Of a DNA stretch of 64,000 nucleotides, positions 21,375 through 32,416 are shown in pieces. A program made the translations under genes and the position numbers. Source of the DNA: Nitrospirota bacterium (GTDB taxonomy: Bacteria; Nitrospirota; UBA9217); NCBI GenBank assembly GCA_963751455.1, contig CAVVUN010000015.1, positions 160,001-224,000 on the forward strand, given 5' to 3'. Numbering within the stretch: the first letter of the stretch is position 1; each line of letters opens with the position of its first letter. The notes under the pieces were generated by a model that did not search any database, was not told where the DNA came from, and saw only the letters and a list, made by a program, of their open reading frames with translations.

Positions 21375-21402
21375 TTGACACTATCGTGTTAATGCATATA
21401 AT
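21375..21402 (+). promoter_or_regulatory. Sigma-70 promoter of lipoprotein genes
   Basis: TTGACA-16 nt-TATAAT. Confidence 0.65.
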
Positions 21403-21524
21403 CAGAGTACCAATCCACGATAGCGCTCCTTCCTAAATTCACGATAGCACTAGCATCGGTTATGAGTTGGTTTTGCACTTTGTAATTTGCACTATTCAAT
21501 TTTCAGATAAATAGAGGAGGGCAT

Positions 21525-23078
21525 ATGAATAAAGCTCGAAGAGCATTCAGGTCAGTCGCGCTCGTAATTATGCTTTCATTTTTTTTTGGCTGTGGTGATA
21601 CCGTAACGACGAACAACAATTCAGGCGGCGCAACGATTTCGACTGTCAGTATCATTGGCCGGGTCAGTGAAGCAGCCACCCTCCAAGCCATTCAGGGCGC
21701 GGACCTGGAGCTGCTTGACACATTCGGTACTGTAAGCATTGGAACAGCTGAAACTGCAGCCGATGGATCATTCACTTTCTTCAATATCGAAACAGGATCT
21801 TATAAGATACGGGTGACAGCATCGGACTATGCTGATACGGAGTTTTCAGTGAATATTTCGTCAACCAGTAGCCCGGTCAAGAATATCGGCTACGTACTGC
21901 TCGGTAAAGCGTTCGATCTCACGGTTGTCGTTACGGATAAAGGAATGCCTGTGGCTGGTGTACCCGTCCTGGCATTTTCGTATTCCGACACTTCACAGTG
22001 CATTACCTCTATTTATGAAACAATAGCAAATGCATCGTCGAGGCAGATCATTTCTTCTGAGACCAACACGGCTGGGATAGCGGTTCTTAGGGTGAACCAG
22101 TGCGCCCGTTACGAGATCGTTACGACCTCATTCGATAGCGACAATGACGGTCTGAACGATTATGTCTCGGACAGTTTCTACTATGGGTTTGTACCGGCAT
22201 ACAACAACACAACGGTTGCCCTTTCTTTACGGTCCATGCCGTCCTATGATTCGACCGACCCTCAGCAAGTCATTTCTGCCAACAGCAGGAGGTCGAACGA
22301 CATTTTTTATAATGCGAGTAATATTACGTATGCCGGGGGCTTCTTCTATTCTGTATCGAGCCTTTCTGATGCTATAGGATCGAAGCAGCCGATCAGGATC
22401 GTTTTCCAATACCCGGTAGTGCTCTCGGGCGTGATTACAGCCAGCTACAGTGACGACCTTGTGAACCCGGATGGAGATGGAAATGCCATAGTGGACACCG
22501 GGTTCCCGTTCGAAAAGCAGGTGGCCGTAACTGCTTCTCTCGACTCGTCCGGAACTATTTTGACGCTCATGCCGCCGGCAGCCGGTTTTCCCGTGAACCG
22601 CGTCATGACGATTCAGGGATCGCTCACGACTATCACAAACGGGGTTTCGGACATCACAGAACTTTCGGACATTACGAACATGCCGGGCGGGGTCTATATT
22701 GCGGATGACGGCGATTCAGGTTTGAATTCGGGCAGTGCGATTACTGTCGATAACTACAACGGCGATAACGGCGCTTCAGGAACCGTATATGTCGAATTCC
22801 CGGAATATGTGGATGGCACCGTTCGCGTTATTTCCTATACAAAGGCCGGCATTTCGACGACCGTCAACGGCAGCGCTCTTTCGAGCGGTGGAATCATATT
22901 CACGGATGGAGGAACAGCGGGAGCGTGCCCAGGCAAATGCGGACAGGGCGCTGGCATCTTTTACCGCCTTAATACCGGCGTGTCTCTATCTGATGGTGAC
23001 CTCATGACACTGGCTGTCGATGTTGCTGATATGGAAGGCAACCGTCTTAGCCGGCAGGTTCAGTTGATGGTCCAGTAG
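21525..23078 (+). CDS. Surface lipoprotein with carboxypeptidase-regulatory-like (Ig-like) domain
   Basis: Lipobox FGC, S/T/G/D-rich beta-sandwich sequence. Confidence 0.65.
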   Translation: MNKARRAFRSVALVIMLSFFFGCGDTVTTNNNSGGATISTVSIIGRVSEAATLQAIQGADLELLDTFGTVSIGTAETAADGSFTFFNIETGSYKIRVTASDYADTEFSVNISSTSSPVKNIGYVLLGKAFDLTVVVTDKGMPVAGVPVLAFSYSDTSQCITSIYETIANASSRQIISSETNTAGIAVLRVNQCARYEIVTTSFDSDNDGLNDYVSDSFYYGFVPAYNNTTVALSLRSMPSYDSTDPQQVISANSRRSNDIFYNASNITYAGGFFYSVSSLSDAIGSKQPIRIVFQYPVVLSGVITASYSDDLVNPDGDGNAIVDTGFPFEKQVAVTASLDSSGTILTLMPPAAGFPVNRVMTIQGSLTTITNGVSDITELSDITNMPGGVYIADDGDSGLNSGSAITVDNYNGDNGASGTVYVEFPEYVDGTVRVISYTKAGISTTVNGSALSSGGIIFTDGGTAGACPGKCGQGAGIFYRLNTGVSLSDGDLMTLAVDVADMEGNRLSRQVQLMVQ

Positions 23079-23149
23079 GGTAACCGGGAACGGGAGAATT
23101 CAGCAAAGCCATCGACAATCGACTATTTAGCGTTCGTTAGGGGAGGAAT

Positions 23150-23806
23150 ATGAGATTAAAAGTGCGTTACGCAAATAGACTTTTATTTTTCATGATAATC
23201 CTGCTGCTTGTCTCCTGCTCCGGGCAGGAAGATGACGGGGGCAACACCGCTGATAACGACAGCTCCGGAGACACCGGGGGATACAGCGGAGGACCCGCAA
23301 GTATTGTTATGCCAGAACTTATTCCCATTTCTATGGGGCCGGTCGAGGGAACAATGTCGATTAGGCTCGGATCATCTCCTCTCATAACATATGCTTCGGG
23401 AACTGGTACAAGTATATATAGTTCTATCACTTCGACAAATCTGCTCAGTGTTGCCATGCATCACACTGAAATTGCATGCCAGGATTCCGCATCCGCGGTA
23501 AATATAAAAATTTATGAAGCAATCGGACCGCAGTTTTATACCGTGGATGATCAAACACTGCTCACTCTGACTTATTGTAAGAGTGGAAACTCGATCATCT
23601 ATTCAGCGACGAGCGGTACGATAACTATCAGCAGTGTTGGAGAAGCAGGAGAGCCGATTACAGGATCTTTTGATGTGATCCTCACATGCATAACGAACTG
23701 CGCTGGAACAACTTCTGCATCCGGGACTTTCTTCGCGACAAGAGTTTTGGTAGCCACTCCCTCCGCACCTGTTACCGTCGATCCCATGCCCGGCGCCGGA
23801 AGCTGA
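23150..23806 (+). CDS. Hypothetical lipoprotein
   Basis: Lipobox LVSC, S/T/G-rich. Confidence 0.6.
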   Translation: MRLKVRYANRLLFFMIILLLVSCSGQEDDGGNTADNDSSGDTGGYSGGPASIVMPELIPISMGPVEGTMSIRLGSSPLITYASGTGTSIYSSITSTNLLSVAMHHTEIACQDSASAVNIKIYEAIGPQFYTVDDQTLLTLTYCKSGNSIIYSATSGTITISSVGEAGEPITGSFDVILTCITNCAGTTSASGTFFATRVLVATPSAPVTVDPMPGAGS

Positions 23807-24253
23807 CGGTTCCACAGCTGAAAAATTCAAAATCAGGCCCGAAACTTTCCTTTCAGCGATTCCTAGGTAAATCCGTTTCGCGCATTATTCAATTCGTCTC
23901 GTCACTTCTCCGCCTGCACCAGCCTGCGCGCCGACAAGCGCGTCAGTGCAAGTGGGTGAGCTTACGAGTGCAATTTGCGTAGCCTGCTCTTGCGAAAGCG
24001 CTGGCTTGACTAAATACAATTTCTGGGTATACCCGGAATGTGTTAATATTATGCCGGATTAAAAGCAAACTGCATTGAGGAAACTGCGCGAATTGCAGCT
24101 TCCTCTAGAGACAGGAGTCGATTCTCTAGGTGAGAAGCGTAATCGTATTCTCGCTTACGCTCCCTCCAGAATTTACTTGAAGCTGAGGATGGATTTTGGT
24201 AGAGTGCGAACGCGTTGTGTAGAACACTGACAATCTGCAATTAAAAGAACAAT

Positions 24254-25183
24254 ATGCTAAAAAGTGATAAGAATAAATCCGTGGTCCCGCTGTCCGCCGG
24301 CCTCATTGTCCTGTCCCTCGGTCTCTTTATAGCGGGCATGAGGAGCCACGACTTCAACGCGCCATCGAGCCTGCTGATCCTGCTCTCGTTCGTGATACTC
24401 TGCGGACTTGCAATCGTTCTGACCGTTGTTGTTGCACGCACCGCAATCAGCAGTGCAGCGAAGTCTGCTTCAGGCAGGGGAACAGTTAAGCACGACAAGA
24501 AAACAGCGGGGCCGGCTGCTGCGGAGCGAGTAGACCAATCAACTCAGCTTTTTTCGGAAACAGCCGGGGAATTGAGAACTTCCGTGGACGTTATCCAGGA
24601 AGAGCTCGAGGAAATTCTGGATGACGACATCCCTGCGGACAAGGAACAGATAGAGTCTCTCTATGACGAAACGGACAGGCTCAAGAAGATCATCGTGGGA
24701 ATGGAACAGTTATCGCAGGCGCAGGCGCTTGCCCGCTCGCTCAAGAAGGATCGCGTCGAACTCAATCCGCTCTTGAACGGGGTGATTGAAAAGACCCGTA
24801 CAGCGTTTCAGGACAAAAACATTACGTTCGGCCTCGAGTGCGAGACAGGACTCGCCATGACCGCAAACCCCGATAGCCTCAACCGGATCCTCGGAAACCT
24901 CATGGACAATGCCGCCAAGGCGGTGAAGGATGCGGGAAGCGTCACGCTCGCGGCTTTGCGAAAAGGAGATATGATCGTTTTTTCCGTCAAAGATGCGGGA
25001 CCCGGGATCAGCCGGAAGCAGCTCCCTCATATCTATGAACGGTTTTTCCGGGGAACGGGCAGCGGCATAGGCATGGGCCTCGCCATTGTGAAGGAACTGG
25101 TGGATGCCTGCGGAGGGAAGATAGAAGTACAGACCAAGGCGGGCGAAGGGACAATATTTACAGTCCACATTCCGGAGGCCTGA
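24254..25183 (+). CDS. Histidine-kinase-like protein with degenerate H-box
   Basis: Two TM helices, AGELRTSV in place of HELRTP, NAAK, DAGPGI, GIGMGL. Confidence 0.75.
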   Translation: MLKSDKNKSVVPLSAGLIVLSLGLFIAGMRSHDFNAPSSLLILLSFVILCGLAIVLTVVVARTAISSAAKSASGRGTVKHDKKTAGPAAAERVDQSTQLFSETAGELRTSVDVIQEELEEILDDDIPADKEQIESLYDETDRLKKIIVGMEQLSQAQALARSLKKDRVELNPLLNGVIEKTRTAFQDKNITFGLECETGLAMTANPDSLNRILGNLMDNAAKAVKDAGSVTLAALRKGDMIVFSVKDAGPGISRKQLPHIYERFFRGTGSGIGMGLAIVKELVDACGGKIEVQTKAGEGTIFTVHIPEA

Positions 25184-25497
25184 TACAAGATAGGGGCAAG
25201 GGGCCAGTAGACAGGAGAACGGTAAACCTTGCTTCATTTAGGATGCGCTCTGCGTCTCACCCCCTCACTCAACATCTCAACCCTTTTTTTTCTTGACGCT
25301 ATGCGCCATGCTCCATGCGCTCTGCGTCTCACCGACCCCTGCTCAACCTCTCAACAACCAGACCACTCAACTTTTTCGTTTCCCCAAAACCTGCTTGACA
25401 ATAAATTGCTCATACATGATAATCACTCCACGTTACTGATGACGGCCGGAGCAATCCGGCTGCGTTCTTGAAACCATTTTTAGTCTTGCGGGGACCG

Positions 25498-26158
25498 ATG
25501 ACGACCGGAGAGCAACTCATAGAAAATCTGAAGACGCATCAGTTAATGGTCGCGGTGCGCACAGAAACTCCTGAACAACGCCTATCATGCGGCTATGGCC
25601 TGCGTGGAAGGAGGGATCAGGTTTATCGAGATCACCTTCTCGGTGCCCGGGGCCGATGAGGTGATAGGACAACTGCGTAAAGACGGGCGGGTCACGGTCG
25701 GCGCCGGCACGGTCCTCTCCGTTGACGACGCGAGAAAGGCGTTGAACGCCGGCGCCTCCTACCTTGTAAGCCCCGTTATTGATGAAGAAGTGGTGATGTT
25801 CGCAAAAAAGGAAGGCATGGTTTCCATTCCCGGCGCATGCACGCCCACGGAAATCCACCGGGCCCATAAAGCGGGCGCGGACATCATAAAACTTTTTCCC
25901 TTTGTCGAGATCGGCGGCCTGGGCTTTCTCAAAGCGGTCAGGGGGCCGCTGCCCTTTGTGAGGTACATGCTGTGCGGCGGGGCGACCCTCGACAATGTGT
26001 CCCAATACCTCGCTGCCGGAGCTGCCGGGATACTTATCGGTGCGGCCATCATCAGGCGCGAGCTCGTGGCAGCGGGGGACTGGAATTCCATTGCCGGCCT
26101 GGCCCGTGATTTTGTCGGCAAGGTGGAGGAGCATGCGCGAAAACAGATGACGGCATGA
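25498..26158 (+). CDS. eda: KDPG/KHG aldolase with apparent +1 frameshift near 25579
   Basis: IEITF, VGAGTVL, PGACTPTEI, KLFP; N-terminus (MTTGEQL..VAVR) lies in another frame. Confidence 0.8.
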
Positions 26159-26270
26159 ACCCTCTCCCCTTTGGGGAGAGGATAAAAGGTGAGGGGAAAT
26201 CATTCATAATGGCGGTACTGCGTTGGCGGCGCCGCGGAACTCATAATTTGAACTCAGGAGGCTTCAAAAC

Positions 26271-27222
26271 ATGTTTCGTCCTCAGATAAAAATCCTTGAT
26301 TGCACGGTCCGGGACGGCGGCTTGATCAACCAATGGCAGTTCAGTGATGAATTCGTGAGAAAGGTCTTTATCGCCCTGTCAAAGGCGGGCGTAGACTACA
26401 TGGAGATCGGATACAAGTCATCGGAAAAATGTTTTTCACGCGCTGAAAACGGCGCTTGGAAGTTTTGCTCGGAGGACGATTTGAAAAGGATCGTCGGCGG
26501 CATGGACAAGACGATGAAGTTGTCAGCCATGGCGGACATCGGCCGCATCGATCACGAAGACATCCCGAAAAAGAGCGAGAGCGCCCTGGACATGATCAGG
26601 GTGGCCTGCTATGCGAAGGAGGTCGATAAAGCGATCAGCCTTGCGCACCACTGCATGGACAAGGGCTACGAAACCACGATCAACCTCATGGCCGTCTCGA
26701 AGGTGCTTGAAAAGGAACTTGATGACGCGCTCGAGGACCTGGCGAAAAGCAATGTGCCCGTCATCTATCTCGTTGACAGCTTCGGCGCGATGTATTCGGA
26801 GCAGGTCCATTTCTTTGCAAAGAAATACATGGAGGCGCTGCCCGGAAAGGAACTCGGCATCCATACGCACAATAATCAGCAGCTCGCCTTTTCGAATACG
26901 ATAGACGGGATCATCGCGGGGATAAACCGGCTCGACGCGACGATCTACGGCATGGGCAGGGGAGCGGGCAATTGTCCGCTCGAACTCCTGCTTTCATTTC
27001 TCAAAAACCCCAAATTCGATATAACGCCCATCATCGAGATCATCCAGGAGATCTTCATCCCCATGAAGGCAAAAGTGGAGTGGGGGTACCATATTCCGTA
27101 TATGATAACAGGCATCCTGAACGAACATCCCCAGAAGCGGAATGAAGGCCATGTCGGCGAAAAAGCTCCCTGACCTCAGGAAGTTTTACGAAGACCTGAG
27201 AGACGGCACAGTACTGGATTAA
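26271..27222 (+). CDS. DRE-TIM metallolyase (4-hydroxy-2-oxovalerate aldolase-like), frameshift in C-run near 27130
   Basis: LDCTVRDGG, GIHTHNNQQLAF, GMGRGAGN; the true C-terminus can be read from the duplicate at 30428-30546. Confidence 0.8.
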
Positions 27223-27569
27223 AGAGAACGCAATCTTTTAACAGATGAGGAACGGGCGCGGAAAGCACAATACGTTTCTACCCGAGTCGTAAGCGGTTTT
27301 CCTGCAGAGTATTTATCGCGCCCGGTATCCTTCTGAAGCGGGACTTTTGCCGGACGGAGAACCTGTAGAACAGGACGCAAATCGGGCTCTTAAGTCCGCG
27401 AGAAACGTGGCCGGCTGGCTTCAGTCGATTCTGAGGAAGAAGTAAACTTCCTGTTCACGTATCTTTTTGCCCGCACTCCGCAATTACACACACGCCATGC
27501 TCTATGCGCTCTGCCTTCTCCCTTTACTTTTACTATATTTTATAGTACCTTTCATTAAAGAGGTATATT

Positions 27570-27890
27570 ATGCTCAAGGAAAAGGACCGCAAGATTGCCC
27601 GCGAATTGAAGGAAAGATTATCAGAAGTCGTTGAACTCCTCGACTTCAAGGTTTTCGGATCGCGAGCGCGCGGCGACGCGGACGAATACTCGGATCTTGA
27701 CGTTTTTCTCAAGATCGAGTCGCTCAACAAAGAAGTGAAGGAAAAGATCTCCGCTGTTGTATGGGAAGTCGGTTTTAATAATTATACGGTCATATCGCCG
27801 CTCATCTTCACCAGAGATGAACTCAAGAATTCTCCACTTCGCGTCTCGTCGATTGTCCAGGCTATATCCGAAGAAGGAGTGCCTGTATGA
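27570..27890 (+). CDS. MNT nucleotidyltransferase antitoxin
   Basis: FGSRARGD...SDLD motif. Confidence 0.88.
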   Translation: MLKEKDRKIARELKERLSEVVELLDFKVFGSRARGDADEYSDLDVFLKIESLNKEVKEKISAVVWEVGFNNYTVISPLIFTRDELKNSPLRVSSIVQAISEEGVPV

Positions 27891-28286
27891 CCGATCGTGA
27901 CGCTCTCCTCGCTTTCCGGTTAAAAGAGGCCGAGGAGACTTTGGCCGATGCCGAACGGATGCTGAAAAGCGGAGTGAGTGCCCGGTCTGTTTCCAATCGC
28001 TCCTATTACTGCATGTTTTATGCGGTGCTGGCGCTTTTTTTGAAGGTCGGGATCAGTGCAAAGACTTCGAAGCACGCAGGAGTCATTTCCGTTTTCGATA
28101 AGGAGTTTGTTCACTCTGGAAGACTTGACGCGGTATTCAAAGCTTCTTCACAAGATGTTTGAAGCTCGTCAAAATATTGATTACAAGGAACTTGTCCAGG
28201 TGACCATGGAAGAAGCCTCGGAACATGTGCGGGGTGCGCGAGAATTTATCGATGCCGTGAAGAAGTTTATACAATCAACCGCCTGA
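27887..28286 (+). CDS. HEPN domain toxin (frameshift near 28130)
   Basis: NRSYYCMFYA, KHAGVI, ARQNIDY split over two frames. Confidence 0.8.
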
Positions 28287-28479
28287 ATTACCGCCTGAAT
28301 TCCGGAGCGGCCCATTCCCGCATCTATCATTCATGAATCCTGCATCATGCATGTTGAATCATGAAATTCCTTCCGCATTCATAACTTCGCATTCGAAAAA
28401 TCAAGAAAAAGTCAATCGTCACGCTATCCGCTACGTCGAAACGGACAGGCTAAGGAAGATCGTGCTCTCAAGGGAATAA

Positions 28480-28600
28480 TGATGCCGATCGATATTCTCG
28501 TGGTTCGAGAAACGGTGCTGAGGGAATGCGCCGACGTTCCCGGCCTGATATACCGGGAGGCGATGAAGAACGGAAAGGTCGTTTATGAATCCGCAGCCTG
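28480..28600 (+). pseudogene. Remnant of a second MNT nucleotidyltransferase
   Basis: PIDILVV... and GLIYREAMKNGKVVYESAA* C-terminal pattern. Confidence 0.45.
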
Positions 28601-28666
28601 ATAAGCGGATGCCGGCATCCCCGGAGGAGTGGATGGTCCACGCGAAGGGTTGATCCGGAGAAATAT

Positions 28667-28780
28667 ATGCCTGTCATCTCCATGTTTTTCGGTTTAATCA
28701 TCAGGATGTACTATCAAGAGCACAATCCGCCTCACCTGCATGCTGAATATCAGGGATCGAGAGCAGTGCTCGATTTCTTT
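28667..28780 (+). pseudogene. Truncated DUF4160 toxin-like gene
   Basis: MPVISMFFGLIIRMYYQEHNPPHLHAEYQG, then similarity is lost. Confidence 0.7.
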
Positions 28781-29013
28781 TCAACACACCCCGTTTTTAT
28801 TCACCCAAATCAGAGTTTATTCAACTCCTTCCGTAACAAAACAATGGTCTGTATAATCGAAAGGCAAATCGCTTGCCGGATGGGCCGGCCTATCTGCTCC
28901 AGCAGGTCAGTATCATGCAGGAAGCCGATTATTTCGAGATCGCTTGCTGACATGCTGCAGGTCAAGTGAGTCTCTGATCATATCAGTGACTTTGTCCGGA
29001 AATAAAAAGCTGC

Positions 29014-29051
29014 TTGACATACTTTATGTATGTGTTATTATTATGCATAAT
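29014..29051 (+). promoter_or_regulatory. TA promoter with palindromic operators
   Basis: TTGACA overlapped by ACATAC-N5-GTATGT; TATTATGCATAATA palindrome. Confidence 0.6.
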
Positions 29052-29076
29052 ACAGGATAATTGATTGGAGTGGATT

Positions 29077-29388
29077 ATGACGACAAATCCGGCAAAAAGG
29101 ATCGGGGTCTCGATTCCTGACAACGTACTGAAAGATCTCCAGGCACTCGTACCTGAAAGAAAACGAAGCGAGTATATCGTAACGGCACTGCGCGACAGGA
29201 TCGAGGAGGAAAAGAAACGTTTGCTGCGTGAAAAAATGGCGGCAGGATATCGATCCAATACAAATGCGGATGCCGAGACAGCCGAAGAATGGCGACCGCT
29301 TGAGGAAGAGGTCGATGCGCTTTCAAGCGTCCGGGAACCGAAAAAAACATACGGGAGGAAGCCGCGTGGTCGTTCCCAAAAGAGGTGA
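29077..29388 (+). CDS. Ribbon-helix-helix antitoxin (NdoAI/MazE-like)
   Basis: RIGVSIPD..RSEYI..MAAGY; overlaps the toxin gene. Confidence 0.8.
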   Translation: MTTNPAKRIGVSIPDNVLKDLQALVPERKRSEYIVTALRDRIEEEKKRLLREKMAAGYRSNTNADAETAEEWRPLEEEVDALSSVREPKKTYGRKPRGRSQKR

Positions 29389-29710
29389 TGTATATTACGT
29401 CTCATTCGACCCGACTATCGGAGTCGAGATCAAGAAGACGCGTCCGGCGCTGATCATACAAAACGACATCGGCAACGTTCATTCTTCGGCAACCATTGTC
29501 GCGGCAATCACGTCAACTGCCAGAGGCGCGTTTCCTTACGAAGTTGCCTTGCGGGCAGGAGAAGGAGGCCTCCCGAAAGACTCCCTTATTCTTCTAAATC
29601 AGATCCGGACCATCGACAAGAAGAGACTCGGCCGAAAGACGGGAACAGTTTCCGCCGCAACTATGAAAGACGTTGACGAAGCAATAGCGATCAGTCTCGG
29701 TCTTGAATAA
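29366..29710 (+). CDS. mazF: PemK/MazF endoribonuclease toxin
   Basis: KRGDVY..DPTIGVEIKKTRPALIIQND, QIRTIDKKRL. Confidence 0.92.
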   Translation: MVVPKRGDVYYVSFDPTIGVEIKKTRPALIIQNDIGNVHSSATIVAAITSTARGAFPYEVALRAGEGGLPKDSLILLNQIRTIDKKRLGRKTGTVSAATMKDVDEAIAISLGLE

Positions 29711-30427
29711 AAGAGTTCAGACGAACCCCGCTTTTCACACGGAGCCGCGGAGCACACAGGGCAAGCGAAAACTCGATGAAGTGGACCGATATGCGATTTG
29801 CTCAGGGCTTTTCGGCCAGAAGTACCGGCTTTGAAGTTGCTGAGGACGTTTCACCGACCGAGCGAATTTGACCGTGCGACAGAGACCTCCTCGATCTTGT
29901 CCAAAAAGGGGTCCTGAAAAAATCAGGAACCACGGGACGAGGCACTTCTTACGTAATAGCTCGCAAAGGGGACATTATTCTCAAGGAATATTTTACGTCA
30001 GATTTACATCCGATCAAACAGCCTTTTCGTCAGATTTTGTTATTGCTTCAAGACGTATTTCAGGGTTGTCATGCGCTACTGTTTGAACCCTGAGATGTTC
30101 GGGTCCATGGACGGATCTCTAATACAGATAATCAAAAAGCTTACCCCATTTCTCCGTCTTTTTCCCCTTTTCTCCTGATTCTTTTGATTTCGATCCTGAA
30201 TAGTTACGAATGAATATCTCTCAGTCACCGCATTCCGTACTTGCACACCACGCTATGCTCTTTGCACTATGCTCCACACGTTTACGTATTCGGCGCTCCG
30301 AAATCCGCGCATCGTCCAATATGCGATTTATAATTCTGCGACCTATAATTCTTGATTTTAACTTTATTTTATAGTACTTCATTCCAGAAAGGAAATATTA
30401 GCGTGAAGGTGCGTGAAGTTGTAAAAT

Positions 30428-30618
30428 TGATAACGGGCATCCTGAACGAACACCCGAGAAGCGGGATGAAGGCGATGTCAGCAAAAAAGCTCCCTGACCT
30501 CAAGAAATTCTACCAAGAGCTGAGAGACGGCGCAGAACTGGATTAAAGGGACCTCAATCACCTTAAAAAAAGGAAGGAGCGGGTGCGGAAAGCACAACCC
30601 ATTCCGCTCTCGAGTCGT
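30428..30618 (+). repeat. Diverged duplicate of aldolase 3' end and trailer (partner 27103-27290), fused to a HicA-like start
   Basis: Encodes ITGILNEHPRSGMKAMSAKKLPDLKKFYQELRDGAELD*; preceded by (M)KVREVVKL from 30403. Confidence 0.85.
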
Positions 30619-30714
30619 CTCCCCCTTACTTAGAGTCTGTATTTAAATGTCCTTTCTATGAAGTTAAGGTTCACGTCACGAAGCGATTTGCAGTTATAGT
30701 TCCTTAAAGATGCT

Positions 30715-31311
30715 TTAATACTGAACTATATAAGTACAGTTCGAAGATCCTTTTTTCCGGCACGGCTTCGAATCGTCGTGCCGAACAACCGCGTCCGGCT
30801 GAAATTTCTGCGCCATGAATGTCAATATCCCCATATCGAAATCGCAGGGATAGGGATTTTCACACTCGCTGATTATAAGATTCTCACCGTCAACTTTCTT
30901 ATACCCGTAATGACCGATACCCTCGGTCATTTTACCGCTTGCAGGATCAAACAGCTCTTTCCCGCTTTTTCTGTGGTTCATATGATATGCGATATCAACC
31001 GATTGGATCGCGCTCTCGACGTCTTTAACCCAGGGTGGAAATTTTGCATTTTTGGGTATCGAAAGCCCGATTTGGAACAACACCGAACTCCCTACCCCCT
31101 TTGAAATGCTTTCAAATGCCTTGAGCCACGCCTCCTGAGAATACCATGCATCCAGACGAATCTTTACAGAGCCATCTTTTTCGACATCTCCTATTCCTGC
31201 GTCGCTCAGATGTTTATACGCGAGCGCTTTGATCACCCTGAACCCATCTACAATTGCATACACGGTTTGTCCATTCACCTCGATGTTTTTTTCAAACGGT
31301 TTAAACTGCAT
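30715..31311 (-). CDS. Hypothetical protein, V4R-like C-terminus
   Basis: NPYPCDFDMGI...PCRKKG...CTY; GGGGAAGGAG RBS. Confidence 0.6.
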   Translation of the reverse strand: MQFKPFEKNIEVNGQTVYAIVDGFRVIKALAYKHLSDAGIGDVEKDGSVKIRLDAWYSQEAWLKAFESISKGVGSSVLFQIGLSIPKNAKFPPWVKDVESAIQSVDIAYHMNHRKSGKELFDPASGKMTEGIGHYGYKKVDGENLIISECENPYPCDFDMGILTFMAQKFQPDAVVRHDDSKPCRKKGSSNCTYIVQY

Positions 31312-31650
31312 GGCTTTCTCCTTCCCCTGTTTTCAGCATGACTGCAGGACGTTTTTTCCAGTTCATAATAAATTACCAGATAGGATAAATAGTTACCATA
31401 CCCCAGACGGGGTATTTTCAGGGTATGACCGGATTGTCCAACCTTGAAAAAAACGAAGACTTAAGGGGCCTCCCCCTCTGGCGCTATTGAGTACTCCGCA
31501 CTAAGCACATGCAGCCTGTCCTCGAAGGAATTAATCGCGAACGCTCAGCACGCTATGCGCCATACCCGGTGGGAGTTGACGGTGTTAATTTTTCCAGTTT
31601 GAAATCCACCCGTATTCTGATATAGTAGGCATAAGTGGGAGGAATTTGGC

Positions 31651-31968
31651 ATGGAAATTACCGAAAACAAACTGAACGAGATACTGGATAAACAGCGCCA
31701 ACAATTCCAGCAGGTTGTCGAAAAAGAACAGAAGGAAACCCGTCATTTGTTCGGCATCATGAAAGAAAATTTCGATACGAAAATTGAGCTTATCGGTGAA
31801 CAGTACGGCACTGTTAAAGAGATGATCGGATCGCTTGCGGAAGATATTCAGGTCATTAAGACCGATGTCGAATTTGTGAAGAGCTCGCTCCGCAAGAAAG
31901 TGGACTACGACGAGTTTGAAGCGCTCGCGAAAAGGGTCTCGTCGCTGGAGGCAAAGGTAAGGAAGTAG
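31651..31968 (+). CDS. Hypothetical coiled-coil protein flanked by ~78-bp direct repeats
   Basis: GGAGG RBS; repeats at 31486-31563 and 32031-32110. Confidence 0.6.
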   Translation: MEITENKLNEILDKQRQQFQQVVEKEQKETRHLFGIMKENFDTKIELIGEQYGTVKEMIGSLAEDIQVIKTDVEFVKSSLRKKVDYDEFEALAKRVSSLEAKVRK

Positions 31969-32221
31969 ATATAATATTTTTTTGAAAATTGAACTCTGAA
32001 AACACCGACCTTTGAACTAACCATTCCGCAATTGAGTACTCCACACTCAGCACATGCAGCCTGTCCTCGACAGGAATTAATCGGGGAACGCTCAGCACGC
32101 TATGCGCCATGCCCCATGTGCCATGCGCCTCACCCTTCCCACTCAACTCCTCAACCACTGAACAACTCAATTGGTCTCTATACCAGACGCTCTGCTCCAT
32201 GCGCTATGCTCTTTGCGGAGG

Positions 32222-32416
32222 TCAATCACCCAGGCATGTTTCCTCAATGATCGCATGCGCTTCATCCCGATTGAGCTCGTCCTGCTGATAATATATGTAG
32301 TCGTCAACCATGCTGCAGACTTTTTCCCGCGGTGCATCGGGCATAATCTCGAGAACTTCCTCTTTAAATAACCTGGCAGCGTCAGGCGCCATTTCTTTTT
32401 TTTCGATCCTGTTCAT
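32222..32416 (-). CDS. Small hypothetical protein
   Basis: GGAGG RBS before MNRIEKKEM. Confidence 0.5.
   Translation of the reverse strand: MNRIEKKEMAPDAARLFKEEVLEIMPDAPREKVCSMVDDYIYYQQDELNRDEAHAIIEETCLGD

Noticed and set aside
27500-30400. Integron cassette array
   Set aside because: No tyrosine integrase and no convincing attC RYYYAAC/GTTRRRY structures seen
27103-30618. Diversity-generating retroelement TR/VR pair
   Set aside because: Differences are mostly synonymous and not adenine-specific; no reverse transcriptase in window
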